A DNA stretch of 64,000 nucleotides from Phoronis australis (lineage: Eukaryota > Animalia > Phoronida): contig NMRA01000577.1 in the NCBI GenBank assembly GCA_002633005.1, forward strand, positions 124,001-188,000. The letters run 5' to 3'. Shown here piece by piece: positions 37,783 through 50,862 of this stretch. Made by a program: the position numbers and the translations under genes. The notes under the pieces are model-generated. The model saw only the letters and a list, made by a program, of their open reading frames with translations. It had not been told where the DNA came from and ran no database searches. Within the stretch, counting starts at the first letter, position 1, and every line of letters begins with the position of its first letter.

Positions 37783-38659
37783 TTCGTCAGCAAAGAAAAG
37801 AAAGTTCCGGAGCAAACGCATTGGGTCACGGAGGAAGGGTTACAACCCGTATCGTTGTCGGAGATGTGGCTGTTTCTGTCGCAAAGGTCGTGAAAATAAA
37901 TGTTGTCCCGAGTGTCCTATAAACAACAGAGGTCACCGCTCCAGAAAATCCAAGCGATCATCTCGGGGCCGAAGCACTTCATCGAAGCCCATTCGACCTA
38001 CTCGTTCAGGTTCTGCGAAGCGGAAACGTCGATCACGCAAGACCAAGCAGGCTCGCAGTAGATCAAAGATCAGCAGTCAAGAAGTGCGATCGGCTTCCAG
38101 ACGACGATCCAGAAGGTCATCGCGACGCAAGAATCGCTCTAGAAAAGCTAAGCGATCATCTCGGGGCCGCAGCACGTCATCGAAGCCCACTCGGACTGCT
38201 CGTTCAGGCTCTGCGAAGCGGAGACGGCGATCACGCAAGACCAAGCAGGCTCGCAGTAGATCAAAGATCAGCAGTCAAGAAGTGCGATCGGGTTCCAGAC
38301 GACGAACCAAAAGGTCAAGAAGCCGTTCCAGTAAATTGTCGGGTACATCCAGAAGTACACTTACGAAGCGGTCGAATGCTCGGAATGCGTCAAAGTCAAA
38401 GAAAAGGAGACCGAAAAAGACTAAAAGGACGATAAGAAGCAAGGCTTCGTCTAGACCGCGACGACGAAATGCTAAGGCAGGACGAGTAAAGCGCGCAAGG
38501 AAACAAAGGAAGTCTGGCAAAGGCACGAAGAGAGCTCGTCGGTCTAGCGCAAATCGACAGAAGGGGGAGGAGTTTTATTACACGGTAGCACTTAATGTGC
38601 CCGGGAAGATTAACATGAACACCACACTAAAGCAAGTGAAGTGTAGTAACGAGAAGTAG
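37783..38659 (+). CDS. Putative terminal exon B2: 7-Cys cluster plus a long Arg/Ser/Lys-rich region (protamine-like)
   Basis: Acceptor ttttcttctcAG| in phase 2; NPYRCRRCGCFCRKGRENKCCPECPINNRG, a ~290-codon open frame with an internal 198-bp repeat, and AATAAA about 30 bp after the stop. Confidence 0.75.
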
Positions 38660-38827
38660 TAACAACAAGTGAGTAAAAATTAAGCAGAATAAAATAAATC
38701 GAGTGAACAGTTCGTGTGTGTTTACTACAAAAGTGCTGTAATTGGTTCTGACTTGTGTGGTGTTTTTTTTTTAATTTAATGGGGTGATGGGGTATTTTTC
38801 CACTGGTCTACATTTACAAATAGAAGT

Positions 38828-38982
38828 CGCCTGGTGCCAACTGAAATGGGAGGCATGCTCTTTTTTCAGCGCCATCTGGTTCCAACTGAAATGGGTCGGT
38901 ATCCTCGTTTCTCAGTTTCATCTGATGCCAACTGAAATGAGTATGTTGCGATCCTCTTTTTTACTCAGTGTCACCTGATGCC
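38828..38982. repeat. Degenerate ~45-bp tandem repeat (about 3.3 copies)
   Basis: ctg(g/a)t(g/t)ccaactgaaatg recurs three times. Confidence 0.6.
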
Positions 38983-40218
38983 GGTGGCTATGAGGCTCAG
39001 GTTTCAAAATGAGTCAGGCGGACCTGCGGTACTTTCCGTAGACTCAAGAAGTTCTCCAAAAAGCAAGATCAGTCGAGATCAGGCAAAATTAATATGCGAG
39101 TGACAGGCGAGTGTTTCGCGAGTGCGCTCGAGACCTCACTACCGTAAGCTAGCAAAATGTCGGCCAGTGAATTAGTGCATGATTTGTCAGTGAGGTTGGA
39201 ATGTTGAATTATAGGATTGAATTGATGAAATGTGGAACAGAATTAACTATTTCTGTACCATGAGATTTCTTGCTACAGGTACATGGCTAAATGCGTTGGG
39301 TCTACGGAACGCCGCCCAGAAACAATGCCTTTCTGACGTCATATAATTTTTTACTTCCCGTTGTAATTAGTAAAGGACTGCAATCCGTAGACGAAAGAAT
39401 CTTGCGTTCTCGCGTCTGTGGAACGCGTTCCAGGTCGAGATCCGGGTCCATGGCCAGAGGGATCTGATGGCACTGGAGGACACGGGACGTACGTCGCAGC
39501 CCTCCATTGCGGCAATTCAACCGTGCCTGAGCTGGGGAGACAGCCTGGTTGCATGTCCGAATAGGAGCTCAACTATGTTCCCTAAATTTCCTGTGCATTC
39601 GTGGACCTTGTTTACTCACTAATCTTCTGTTTTTCTAACAATTTATGTTTATTATAAGTTTCTCTTTCACTCATGACATTTTCTAATAATTTTCTTGAAA
39701 AGTGAGCTGTTGTTTTAATGGAATGAAATGAAGACTGAGTCCTTAAATTGGGGCAGTTGCATGAAATGGTCACTAATAATTTCAGGGATTTAACGTAGAG
39801 TTTGACTTCATCGTGTATCCAAGCTAAAACTTAATCTTGTAATGAATACAAAATAACGGAAAAATGCGCACAACATTAAGGACACATATTTGAGTCCCTA
39901 TTGGGATTGTTGCATGAGGCAGACCCAAGTTAGGACTAAATTATGTTTCTTAACTTTTCACCGCATTCATGGACTTGAGAAAACATTGACCGACTTTCCT
40001 CTGATGTTTTCATTTTCATTGCTAAGTCAATGTTTGGCTTTGATGCAGACTGAGAGAAGACTCTAAGTTGAATTCTCAATATTGTTGAGAATTCATATAA
40101 GTACGGATATTTTCCAGCAATGCACCCCCCCCCCCAATATATTTTAATACGGACATTTTCAAGCAATGTCTCTAATTTAATTAAGAGCTATGTCACTATT
40201 CATTTTTATTGAAATAAT

Positions 40219-40974
40219 GGCTCAATTTTGAGTTCTTTCAATATGTCATTAATCGAAAAAGACCACATAAAAAGATAAAATGTGAGAAAAAACATGTTTT
40301 TGTGAGTAAACAAAGTTCAGACACAAACACGCAGAAGACTTAGGTAAATTTGTTGAGTCCCCATTTGGCCGACTGTTCCATGTAGCCGTGGACTGAACCC
40401 CAAACTTGGCCACTCTGAAGGCGCAAGTAATTTCGAATAATTCGCGTTACATACAATATTGCGGAAGATAGACACTTGAGATTTATTTGAAGCTTACTGG
40501 TCGGACCTTTAATTTTTTTTAGAAAATTAAAACGCGGAAAATACCAGCAGAGCATTCACCAATTCAATCGTATATGCTTGTGTATAAATAATTATCNGGC
40601 TCAATTTTGAGTTATTTCAATATGTCATTAATCGAAAAAGACCACATAAAAAGATAAAATGTGAGAAAAAACATGTTTTGTGAGTAAACAAAGTTCAGAC
40701 ACAAACACGCAGAAGACTTAGGTAAATTTGTTGAGTCCCCATTTGGCCGACTGTTCCATGTAGCCGTGGACTGAACCCCAAACTTGGCCACTCTGAAGGC
40801 GCAAGTAATTTCGAATAATTCGCGTTACATACAATATTGCGGAAGATAGACACTTGAGATTTATTTGAAGCTTACTGGTCGGACCTTTAATTTTTTTTAG
40901 AAAATTAAAACGCGGAAAATACCAGCAGAGCATTCACCAATTCAATCGTATATGCTTGTGTATAAATAATTATC
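40219..40974. repeat. ~380-bp tandem duplication around N at 40597 (likely assembly artefact)
   Basis: Identical 71-aa spurious ORFs at 40340 and 40718; the copies abut the N. Confidence 0.85.
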
Positions 40975-43114
40975 GTTATAAAGGTCGGTCATGCTCGTGT
41001 AAAAAAAGAGTATAAGAAGGTATTAAATATTATATTTCACAGTGAGACATTATGAAGCTACAGAGACATTGCAAATTCTATCGTGATCATCTTATTTGTC
41101 GCCACAAGTGACTGTTTCCTCACTTGTTAGTAAAATGAAAAAACAAATTAAATAACAAGAATGACACTTCCCAGTAAGATCTAAAATTACATGTATGCTG
41201 TGACCTGAACATGTGTCATGAGCTTGCGTGAGTGTCACAAACTAATTTCAAAAATGACAAATAACGTCTGGAGCACCACAAAAGAACGTGACTATGCCGT
41301 TGGTTTCACATAACTTGCTTTTACTTTGAAGTCAGCCTTTTGTTTTGTGAGCATCACGTTAAGAGCATTGTTCAAAAACTAACTGGTAATGGTCGAATGT
41401 AACGTGCCGGGATTTTGAGAACCAGTTTTCTCCCCTGAATAACGGGCATCAAACTGGTTCTCAAAATACGGGCACGTTTTATCCGACTATTGCCAGTTAA
41501 CCTTTTTACAGATAATTCTACGCGTGATAAATCATGTTAATATGTACACTACTCAAATCCCCGTATAGTTCGTCATTTCAGATACGCGTAGGAATGGCCG
41601 TTCTAAGGTTCGTTGCAATGGTAAGATTCCGTTGACCTATTGACGGTTCCTCTATCACGTGTACAGAACGACTCGACAGAACGCCTTACGTGGGGCGGGT
41701 GAATCGTCATATCTGTCACGTGTACTAATGGGAACCGCAAAAGTTCAAGTAACGTTACCATATGCTTCGAGCTTGCCGTATTCCTCCAAAAAGTGTTATG
41801 TGGCAGTCTTCGTCAAAACAATGTATCAATATTTTTGATAACTACATTAGAATTGAAAAGGTGCTTTGTCTGTGATTGTATAAAACAAATCCTTAAAATT
41901 TATAAAAACCAGTTAACATTCACAAGCCCGTGTACCTGAGAATCAGTAATTTTGGTCCACGATTATTAAACACGCAATAAATACTTGAAACTGGAACATC
42001 TATATGTCTACAGGTACCAAAAACATCTACGGTATGTCGTTATTATACTTGGAGGTACTCTCAATTCCGTTGAGGCGCATTCTGTCGGATTCATCGTACC
42101 GACAGTTATGTCATAATTTTGCACTATTTGTGAAACTTAAATCCAGATATGGAAACAGCTAGAGTTTATTCCGAGAACGGTTTTTTTCATTTTTGTTAAA
42201 TTTAAGGCGATGAAACAGAGGGTGTCTTGTTCGCACTTTTGTTTCATTAATTATAAAAATGCAATTAACAAATGTTATGGACGATTTATAAATAAGGGCA
42301 CTAACACTTGTAGCTAATACACATTTGTGTTTTTATGATGTCTCTCTTCTACTATCGAAACTCCCGTCTGTCGCAACTCCCTCACTGACTTTGCTCCGGT
42401 AGCGACACCGGAGTTTCTGTTAGTTTACCATCGATGTCGCGACCCCTAGCGATTGCTCCCATTAAAGTGGAGCTAACGTTTCACATTGCAGTGGAGTTGC
42501 GCAACGCCTTAGTTTAACCCACCTGTTTTGAGTGGAGTCACGAAGGCTGTTTAACCAATCCGGGGATTACACTTTCCCATTGACTGAAACTCTGCAAACA
42601 GGGCAACTGCGGCGTTAATGGGAAAGAGACATTAGAAATATTTATAAACACAACATTTATGCAAAACGCACGATGTATAGTTCATGTAGATGTTACGGTG
42701 CCGCAACATAAACAATCAAATGTTTTCCGCAGGGATTCACTTCCACGTGATGATTAGGACAAACTCGACTCGAAAATTAACATCGCCATAGTATGGAAAT
42801 TTACGCGAAGCGTGCCTCGCAACTGGGCAGATTTTCAGTCTAGTCTCGACTACGGTTTAGTAGTTCGGTCCCGGTGTCACTTGCAACTCCCTCCTGCTAT
42901 AAAGCGACATCGCTCCGGCCTTAATCGCAGAAAATATATCCTGTATACGTTCAAAGCGCCACAATCGCAGAAATATCTAGGTCGAATGATGCATTTTAAA
43001 TCACATAGTCATAACAATGGAATACGCAATAAAATTAAAGATGGTACACGTTGTTCCACAATCTCGCACAAGAATAAAAATGTTTTGAACGCTGTTTCCG
43101 ATATGCGCAAAACA

Positions 43115-46100
43115 CTACACATCAGGCGCACAGAGCGGCTTTCGAGCGAAAACGACATCGTAGAAGCCACCGTCATCCAGGAAACTGATGCTGATGTCCA
43201 CGAAACCGTGCCTGGAAAGCATGCGTCTAAATTCCATACACGACCATTCGCGTCCTTTTGTGAAGAGGAGCATGCCAATGTCATAAATGTGACCCATTTT
43301 GGGACCGTCTTTGCTGTCGTTAAGAATCTTTTCCCCAATCAAGATAGCACCACCTGAAATCGACCACAATTTTTTTAACGTTTTAGGCTACTTTCCAAGT
43401 TTATAAAAATGTTTTGCGAAGCATTGACACTTACATTCTATACTTACGCTTTGTATAAAAACAAACAAAGAAATAAAAAATAGGTTCTCTTGATACCTTG
43501 TACGAGATCTATAAAATCAAGTCACTATTCAACCAACACCAAAAATGACCAAACCAAACAGAATGCAAAAATGCGGCATAGTTTTACTCAATCGTATTCA
43601 TTCAAAACTTTACCTGGCCGTATGGATCTGTATACATTTCGAATTATGACGTCAACTTCTTTGTCCGACCAGTCATGAAGCACGTGACATACCAACGCGA
43701 GGTCGCACGGCGGCAAGTTTCCTTTGAAAAAGTCTCCTGTGGTTAAAATCAAAATTTTTCGTTAACATTTAGGCAAAAACCACCGATTTCACAGCTATCA
43801 AAATATCAAAAAATGAACACACAAAAGCCCTTACCCGGAACCTGGGGCCCGTTCAAAGAAATTGTTCATTTTTTACTTAAGTCTAAGATTTGCCTCAACT
43901 TCCAAACTTTGAAACTTCCACATCCGGTAAGTTAGTCAAAATTAAGGCAAAACTTAAGCCAAACTTAAGATCTCTTTCGTCAAACGGATTTCAGAAAAAT
44001 TTAAAATTGGCTGAAATTTAAAATTTGCCTTAGCAAGGTTTGTTTTCTTGGAACAGGCCGCTGTACTCTAACTACAAAGGCAATTGCACTGAAAATTGTC
44101 TATGCTAAGTCAGGTTGGAGTTCGACCTCAGATGTAAGTTTTTGGTACGTGGTAAGTGTTCTTGCTGTGTGTGCTAAGGGTGTCAATGGCTTTGAAAACT
44201 GGCAAAAACGGGTATTTCCTTGACGAAGAATTTCTACTCCTACACGTGACGTCTCTGGCACTGGGTACAATACAGTTTGAGAAAGAACACACAGTGCTAA
44301 GTGATTCAAAAGATTCTAACGAGGTCGGTAAGTTACACTGTGAAAAGATAAGCGTTCTTTTATTTTTTATTTCAAAAGTCCGAAAATTTCGTTAAGTCTT
44401 TCTGGGGTGCTTCACTTGTGACTAAAAAAGGTAATTATCATTTGGTACTTCGCTTCTATGGTGTAATCCTGAATCGACTCAGAAAATTTGACTTTGCCTG
44501 CTTTCCAATCAGTCAAGTCTTGAACGTATACCTCGTCCTTTGTAATCGTAGGCTAACTGACACACTTGATATGGACTTCACATCTTTAAAGTCACGCTTT
44601 TTAAACGTTGAACCCCGCTTCGTACATCTCATTTGCCACAAATTAAGGTCACTGTGTTGGCTACTTAAATCTCCAAAATAAGACAAGGCTCTGTGCAATA
44701 CATCGAATCGTGTGTAAATTTGCCATCGACCCGGCAGGGTTTACTTTTTAGTCGCTAACCGACTAGAGCGACGTCTTTCGTGAAAATGAGACGCTGTTAC
44801 ACATACAGTGTTTGAAACATGTTGTCCTGTCCGAAGGCAGATCGGACGTCTGTCCCACCGTTCGAAAAAATATCTCGTGAGAAAATTCGTTAGTGGTAAG
44901 ATTTGATTTCTCCTCATGAGGTTTATTACCGTAAGTAGTTTAAAGTTTAGTTTCTCTGACAGAACGGGGGTTCGTAGTTAAGTTGGTGCTATGCCAATAT
45001 CTCGTAAAAGTGTACACGGGAAGCCTTTGTGAACACTCGTTTAAGCAAAAAATGATCACAGCCCATTCCAGCTGACATCAATTAACTTTTTCTATATGAA
45101 AATATAGACAACGAAGAAAATACAACACCATGCACAGCATCAACTTCAAAAAGAACAAAGACCAGAACCAGTTGTGCTATTTGCTTTGGCCTGATATACT
45201 TTCTCAAAGGTGACACAAAAATTAACGTCGAGAAACGTGAAGTTGTTAAATTCGTTTGATTGGTGGAAACCAGATTCTGCATGTGGTTTAGAGACAGTAA
45301 CGAGTACGGGAAGAGTTATACACACAGATGCTTGTATTCCTCACCCTCTTGGTAGGTGACGTCCAAGTGTTCTTCAACTGGTTTGAACCTGTTAGACAGC
45401 GCAACTACTGTAGGTAGGTCGAGGACTGTCACTTTGGCCTGGGGGTAAGCGCGACACAACTCGTACGCAATAGCCCCGGATCCGCCTGCAAACATTGGTA
45501 GTCGTGCAGATTTTAATTAAACCTGCATTTCGCCCTTGTTATCGTGATAAGATTCTCTTTCCGTTACCAGTAAGAACGTGGAAACCAGCATCGACTCAAG
45601 ATTTTATCGGGGATAACCAACCCTAAAAATTCGAATTCCAAAATGGCGCATGTGCGCATTACCAACCTTAAAATTGCTAATGCGAAAATGCGCATTACCA
45701 GTGACTTGAGTTGGTAACGGAAATAGAAACTTATCAAGGTGAGTAATATTATAAGAACGATTTTATGAGAGAAAGGTTCCTAGTGTTTCAACAGCAAAAT
45801 AGGGAGAAAGGCAGCTTTATGTGCAGTTTACTAAATAGACTACAACCTGGGGCGGCATATCTCACTGATCGTTGTTCACTAATTAGCAACACAGATTTTA
45901 GTTGAATATTATTAATTATGAAATAAAATACAACACTCTCAAAAACCGTACAGACAACGAAGCAGAAACTTACCCCCAATGTCACTGACAGTCCTAAACT
46001 GACTGAGGTCAAATTGTCGAACAACTTTCGGAGCTGAAATGCTTGCCCAAGCATTCATTGTCGATAGAAATGTCATTGTTCTCTGTTCCTGTCTGTAGAA

Positions 46101-48874
46101 CCCAAGTTTAGCGTCGAATGCGTTGTCTGTGTTATAATTCATCACGTGTAACTGATTACAACCTAGAAAGAAAACAATCTCTCGTAGTTAGCCAGCTACG
46201 AACTACTGTGAAGCTGTGGAACCTGACTGTGTTCAAAAGTTACTGTTAAAATCCTAACTTTTGATTTGGACCTCGCACCCTGTATAACATGAACTGGAAG
46301 TGATTTCCGAGTATAGGAAAGGCCAGCGTACAGTTCAATAATGCTAATACCTCACTAGAAAAGCAAAACTTCACAAGAATCCGCGAGATATCGTCGTGTA
46401 ATGAGAGCACGTGATTTTGGCAAGATTTTTTTTCTCCCTTTGAGACAACTATTGAACTCTGACCCTGGAAGCTCGTAGGAAGACTTCTCATGGCACCATA
46501 GATTATAGACAACAGATTTGCAACTCCGACATTTTCTTGCGTACTATTCTAGAGGAGGCTCTACTGAAATCGGTAATTTAGGAGTCCTAAATTACCAATT
46601 TCGGTTTCCGGTTAGTGTATTGTGACCGGACATTCTCGCATCTATTTTACTATCCAGTACAACGAAAAAAAAATATTTCGGCATTGCAACGCTGTTCAAG
46701 GTCTTCCAATAATAGAAGTTGGTATCGTGAGTACTTTTGACACCCAACCACACAACAGCCGATCATAATTAGCAGACGACGTACTTGCCGGAAGTAAAAC
46801 TTATTATTTTACCAGGTGTCGCTAGTGAATAGTGACGTCACGGCTTATGCGTAAGATCACATATTTCGTCGATTGAAATTATACGGAGTTGGCGGTCCAT
46901 GTACTATCGTCTATGATGGCACGCAGCCAAAGCAATTGTTTTACGACAGACCGCAAGACGAAGTAAGCTGGTGCAACAGGCGTTTCATTGAAGATGCCTG
47001 CTCAGGAACGCAACTGTTCCTTTATTGGAACAGCACCGTACCTAGGCAATGACCATCGCCTCTGTTGGCCCGAAGCAGAGCCTCTGCTTCGGGCCAACAG
47101 AGGCGATGGTCATTGCCTACACCGTACCATAACCTACATATACATATCCACATAGTTGTCAAAGGGACGTGGTCTAGTTCGCTATCGTGACCAGTGCTAA
47201 GACATAGGTCGAATTTTAATTCTTACCTGTACGAATAGCCTCAGGTAATTTGTCAAAAATAGGTATCTGTCGTTTAACTGCCATCACCATGGGCCAAAAG
47301 CTCGGTTGGCTGTTTTTGGTCAGGTAGCGTGCACTTACGGCTGTATTTGAATACAACGCTGCAAGAAAAACAGAAACCAGCATGTACTAACTAGTTCTGC
47401 TGTGATCTCGGCTGGGCTAAGCATGAAAGTTATCAGCAGAAAATAAACTGGACAAGGTCAATGTTAATGCATTAGCAAGCAAATTAATCAAGTTCCATCT
47501 AGTGAATTCCTAAAATTTTCAGCGGTTTTCATAGATGGCGCTACATGTGCTAAAGCGGCTGCAAACCCGCATTCCATCACAATTTTTTTTTTGATTAATA
47601 CCACTAACCGTTAATTTCCTCAGTCAAACTAAAGATGATTTCATGGTTTCGAATTGCTCGAGGTCAGTCTCTACGAATTCGCTTGTCACGACAGCCTGTC
47701 ATTTGCGGCAGACAAGGTCTAATGCAATGACGAACTGTCAGTTATTTGCAAATTCAGATATCACTCCTCATCTGAGCCAGTAAGGAACAAGTTGAGACCA
47801 ATTATAGTGATAAGTGCTCTCAGTGAAATGCTCGCTTTAAAATGCGTAGTTTTCTATAGCTTTGGAAATAAAGTTCAGTTGAGAACTTGATTATAAATCG
47901 GTTAGATAGTACTTTATTGATTATACACTTTTGAGAAGTATATGTTTAAATTTGCAGTCAAGTATCCAGTAAAAGGAAGAACGTCGCTAAAATTCCAATA
48001 ATTTATTGACAAAAAAAACAAATTTGGACGGTGTAAATTCAGAGACCAATTTTTTTTGAAAAAAGACTCAATGCACTCGGGGGCGCTAGTTGCAGTTGTT
48101 AGTTGCGATCTGGACAATCAAACGTTATTCGAGACATCGGCCCCGATTTGTACATCGCGAACAAAAGCGTACTGCTACGCACTTAACAAAACAAAATGTT
48201 CGAACCTGTGCCCAATTTATCTGAGGTTTTCTTCAGTAAACCGAGAGATACTAGAGTGTTAAGAAGCCTTTCAGTTGATCCGACGTGAAGCGACTTGTGA
48301 GCGGCCAACGTTTCGGCAGACACCGGTTCGCCCGTCTTTACCAAGTCGTCAAATATCATCATTTCGCAAGACTCTATCATCACCTATCATAAAATAACAC
48401 TCGATTAGTAAAATGAGCAAATGTCCGTTAAGTGTTTGTAACATTTTATATCTTAAAGTTTTTGCTTTAAAATTCTCCTTGATACCTTTTCATGAATTGC
48501 TATATATCGATTTTTCAAAAAGTAAAGTAGGCCTAACTTTTCTGACCACGTATCTGGACAAACATCTCAGAGTCGCTCAAATGTTATTTACTCGAGTTTC
48601 GCAGCAATAAAATGCCGAGAATGGCGATAACGCTATTAAAAACTGGTCGGGTACTTGAGCTTGGAGAACGATGACGTAACCCTGAGACGTGTGTTATGTT
48701 TGTAAAATCTTTTGCGAGAGAACTGCGAAAAAACTGATTTATGACAACAGAGGCTCTATAAATTATCCACTTCAAAAGAAGTTAGTCCATAAATCGTGAT
48801 ACCTGCGCAGCTAAGGCGCCGTTCAGAATATCAAGTACTGGCTGAGCCGGCGCTACTCTCTCTGTCAAATCCAT
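43115..48874 (-). CDS. Acetylserotonin O-methyltransferase-like (class II SAM-dependent O-methyltransferase), 7 coding exons, about 357 aa
   Basis: Exons 48803-48874, 48206-48383, 47227-47358, 45974-46162, 45345-45485, 43614-43736, 43115-43353 (1074 nt, phases consistent). Dimerisation region ERLLNTLVSLGLL..YSNT, SAM motif DIGGGSG, VLDLP, GDFF, catalytic HVLHDW, RPGGAILIGE. Confidence 0.92.
47043..47119. mobile_element. 77-bp perfect palindromic insertion with a 9-bp target-site duplication
   Basis: 38-bp arms 47043-47080 and 47082-47119 are exact reverse complements; CACCGTACC flanks both sides (47034-47042, 47120-47128). Confidence 0.9.
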
Positions 48875-50424
48875 TTTTGCCAATTGAATGATTAACCTGA
48901 AAAATAATAGCAGTGTAGTTGAGTGCACGGACTGGGAAAATTCTGTATTTCAACATTATTCCATGGTAACAAGAATCATAATTATACACTTAAAACATTG
49001 CTGCCGACTATTTTGTACGCTGAGCACGCGCTTAGATGGCCTGTCGTGACCTGCCGGTCACAGAACACTACGAAATATTGCAGCCATTTAGCATCTTATC
49101 GGTCCTCTGTTCAAGTACAAGAAAGACGTGCTTTATTTCCCAAAAACTCGACGTGAACTAACAACTCAAATTCTTTTAAAGCGGCAATACACCGGCGTTC
49201 CGTCAACGAAATCAATTTTTGATTTACAGATATGAAACTTATCTTAAGTGGATCATTCACTCGGATGAGAAGTTATTTAGTTATTTTTGATCTTGCAAAG
49301 AACTGGCAGTTCATTTTTGCTCGAGACCATGTATGGCAGACAAAATGTCACTCCTTGACGAGTTAACTTGCAGAGCATGGTCGCAAGTAATAACGAACCA
49401 ATACTTTTCAAATCCAAGAATTTCATCTATTTTGATTGAGGAATAATTTGAAACCAATTTCATATCGGCAGGTGGTCTAAATCAAAAAAATTTTTTTTTT
49501 GTTCCAGAAGGCGGATTTATAGCCGTTTTAAAATTAAAACAAATATCATGAAGTTTACCCAAAATGTTGAAAAAGTTAACAATTTTAAATAAATAATGTT
49601 ATTACACGTTTTTATCTAAAATCACTGTTTAAATAAGTCACGTCACATATCTTGTATTGATACCAAAGTATTATATTCTAAATAACGTGTAAGCTTAAAT
49701 TTCAGTAATCTTATAGCGACGATTCTTTATTAACGAAACAACAAAATATCGGTAGAGTAGTTTCAACATGAATGACGTATGTCACTGAACGGAATAATAC
49801 GCCAATCTATAACAGAGGGTCAGTTGAGCAATTTCGTCAAATCACACGAAATAGCTGAAGGGAGTTTGTATGGTAGTACCAGTGAGTATACAGAGGCACG
49901 TTTTGCCTCTGGCTTTGATTTGGCTATGCAAGTAATTACAGCTTTGTTTTGTTTTGATATACTTTACTTCGCAAGTGTCGAGTTTGCTGCCCGGCTCGGT
50001 TGATCTGAACCGTGGAATGTAAATTTTAGCATAAGTTACCGACACCGTTCACTATATGTAGAGCGGCGGCAGTACGGTTGCAGCTTGAATTTTCACGAGA
50101 CGTTAGAGTAAAAGTTCTCCACAACTGTAATCCGTGCTCATACACGATAGTCTTAGAACGTTTCAGAAACTCATCTGTCCTGTTTTTTCTTTCGTAAAGT
50201 TTTTAAATAAAAAGCACGCCCAGGTTCACAATATTTCGTAGACTGAACTATATCGGAGCTGGCAGGAATTTGTCCAGAATTGCCAACAAATCAGTAGTTA
50301 GAAGTTGAAACTACACTCGTTGGTGACAGGAGGCGCTCAGGTAATGTAGGCAGTTTTCACTGGATGGATCCCAGCAACGCACATGTGGCTGAAGATGGAA
50401 AAAAATGGATTGACCGAAACTTTC

Positions 50425-50862
50425 TACTACTATATACATTGCACTTGGAAACTGGTCGTTATGTAAACACTCCTGTAAGTGAAAGACTTTGCTTGTGTTG
50501 TGAGTCTGGTTCTATGGAGGATGAGCTATATTTTGTGTTTGATTGTTATCTTTATAACTCACGTACGGATGTCTATTCTGTTTAATAATGTTTCACCTCA
50601 AGTCCCGAATTTTGCAAATTTCAGAAGATTAGATACGTTAAAACTGCTGTTTCAGTATTTCCCTAGGCAATTCGACAAATCTATCAAATCTGCTTTTGAA
50701 CTTAGAAACCGTCGCATTTATCGTATATCTGAGTTGTGTGGTTAAAGTGACTAATAAGCCCAACTGGGCTAGGTACTTATTTTTCTTACGAATGTTATAC
50801 CCATAACTGTTTGAATTAATTGTACTTGTCACTATAATGAATAAATACAATACAATACAAAT
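50425..50862 (+). mobile_element. Degenerate 3' end of a non-LTR retrotransposon (LINE ORF2 C-terminus and tail)
   Basis: LHLETGRY..ERLCLCCE...EDELYFVFDCYLY resembles the C-terminal Cys-rich motif of LINE ORF2; it is frameshifted and followed by AATAAA and a (TACAA)n tail. Confidence 0.7.

Noticed and set aside
38828-38982. CRISPR-like repeat-spacer pattern
   Set aside because: Only three degenerate units, the spacers resemble each other, the context is eukaryotic and there are no cas genes
42812-43357. 181-aa + strand ORF
   Set aside because: Antisense to the last O-methyltransferase exon and its 3' UTR, with no recognisable motifs
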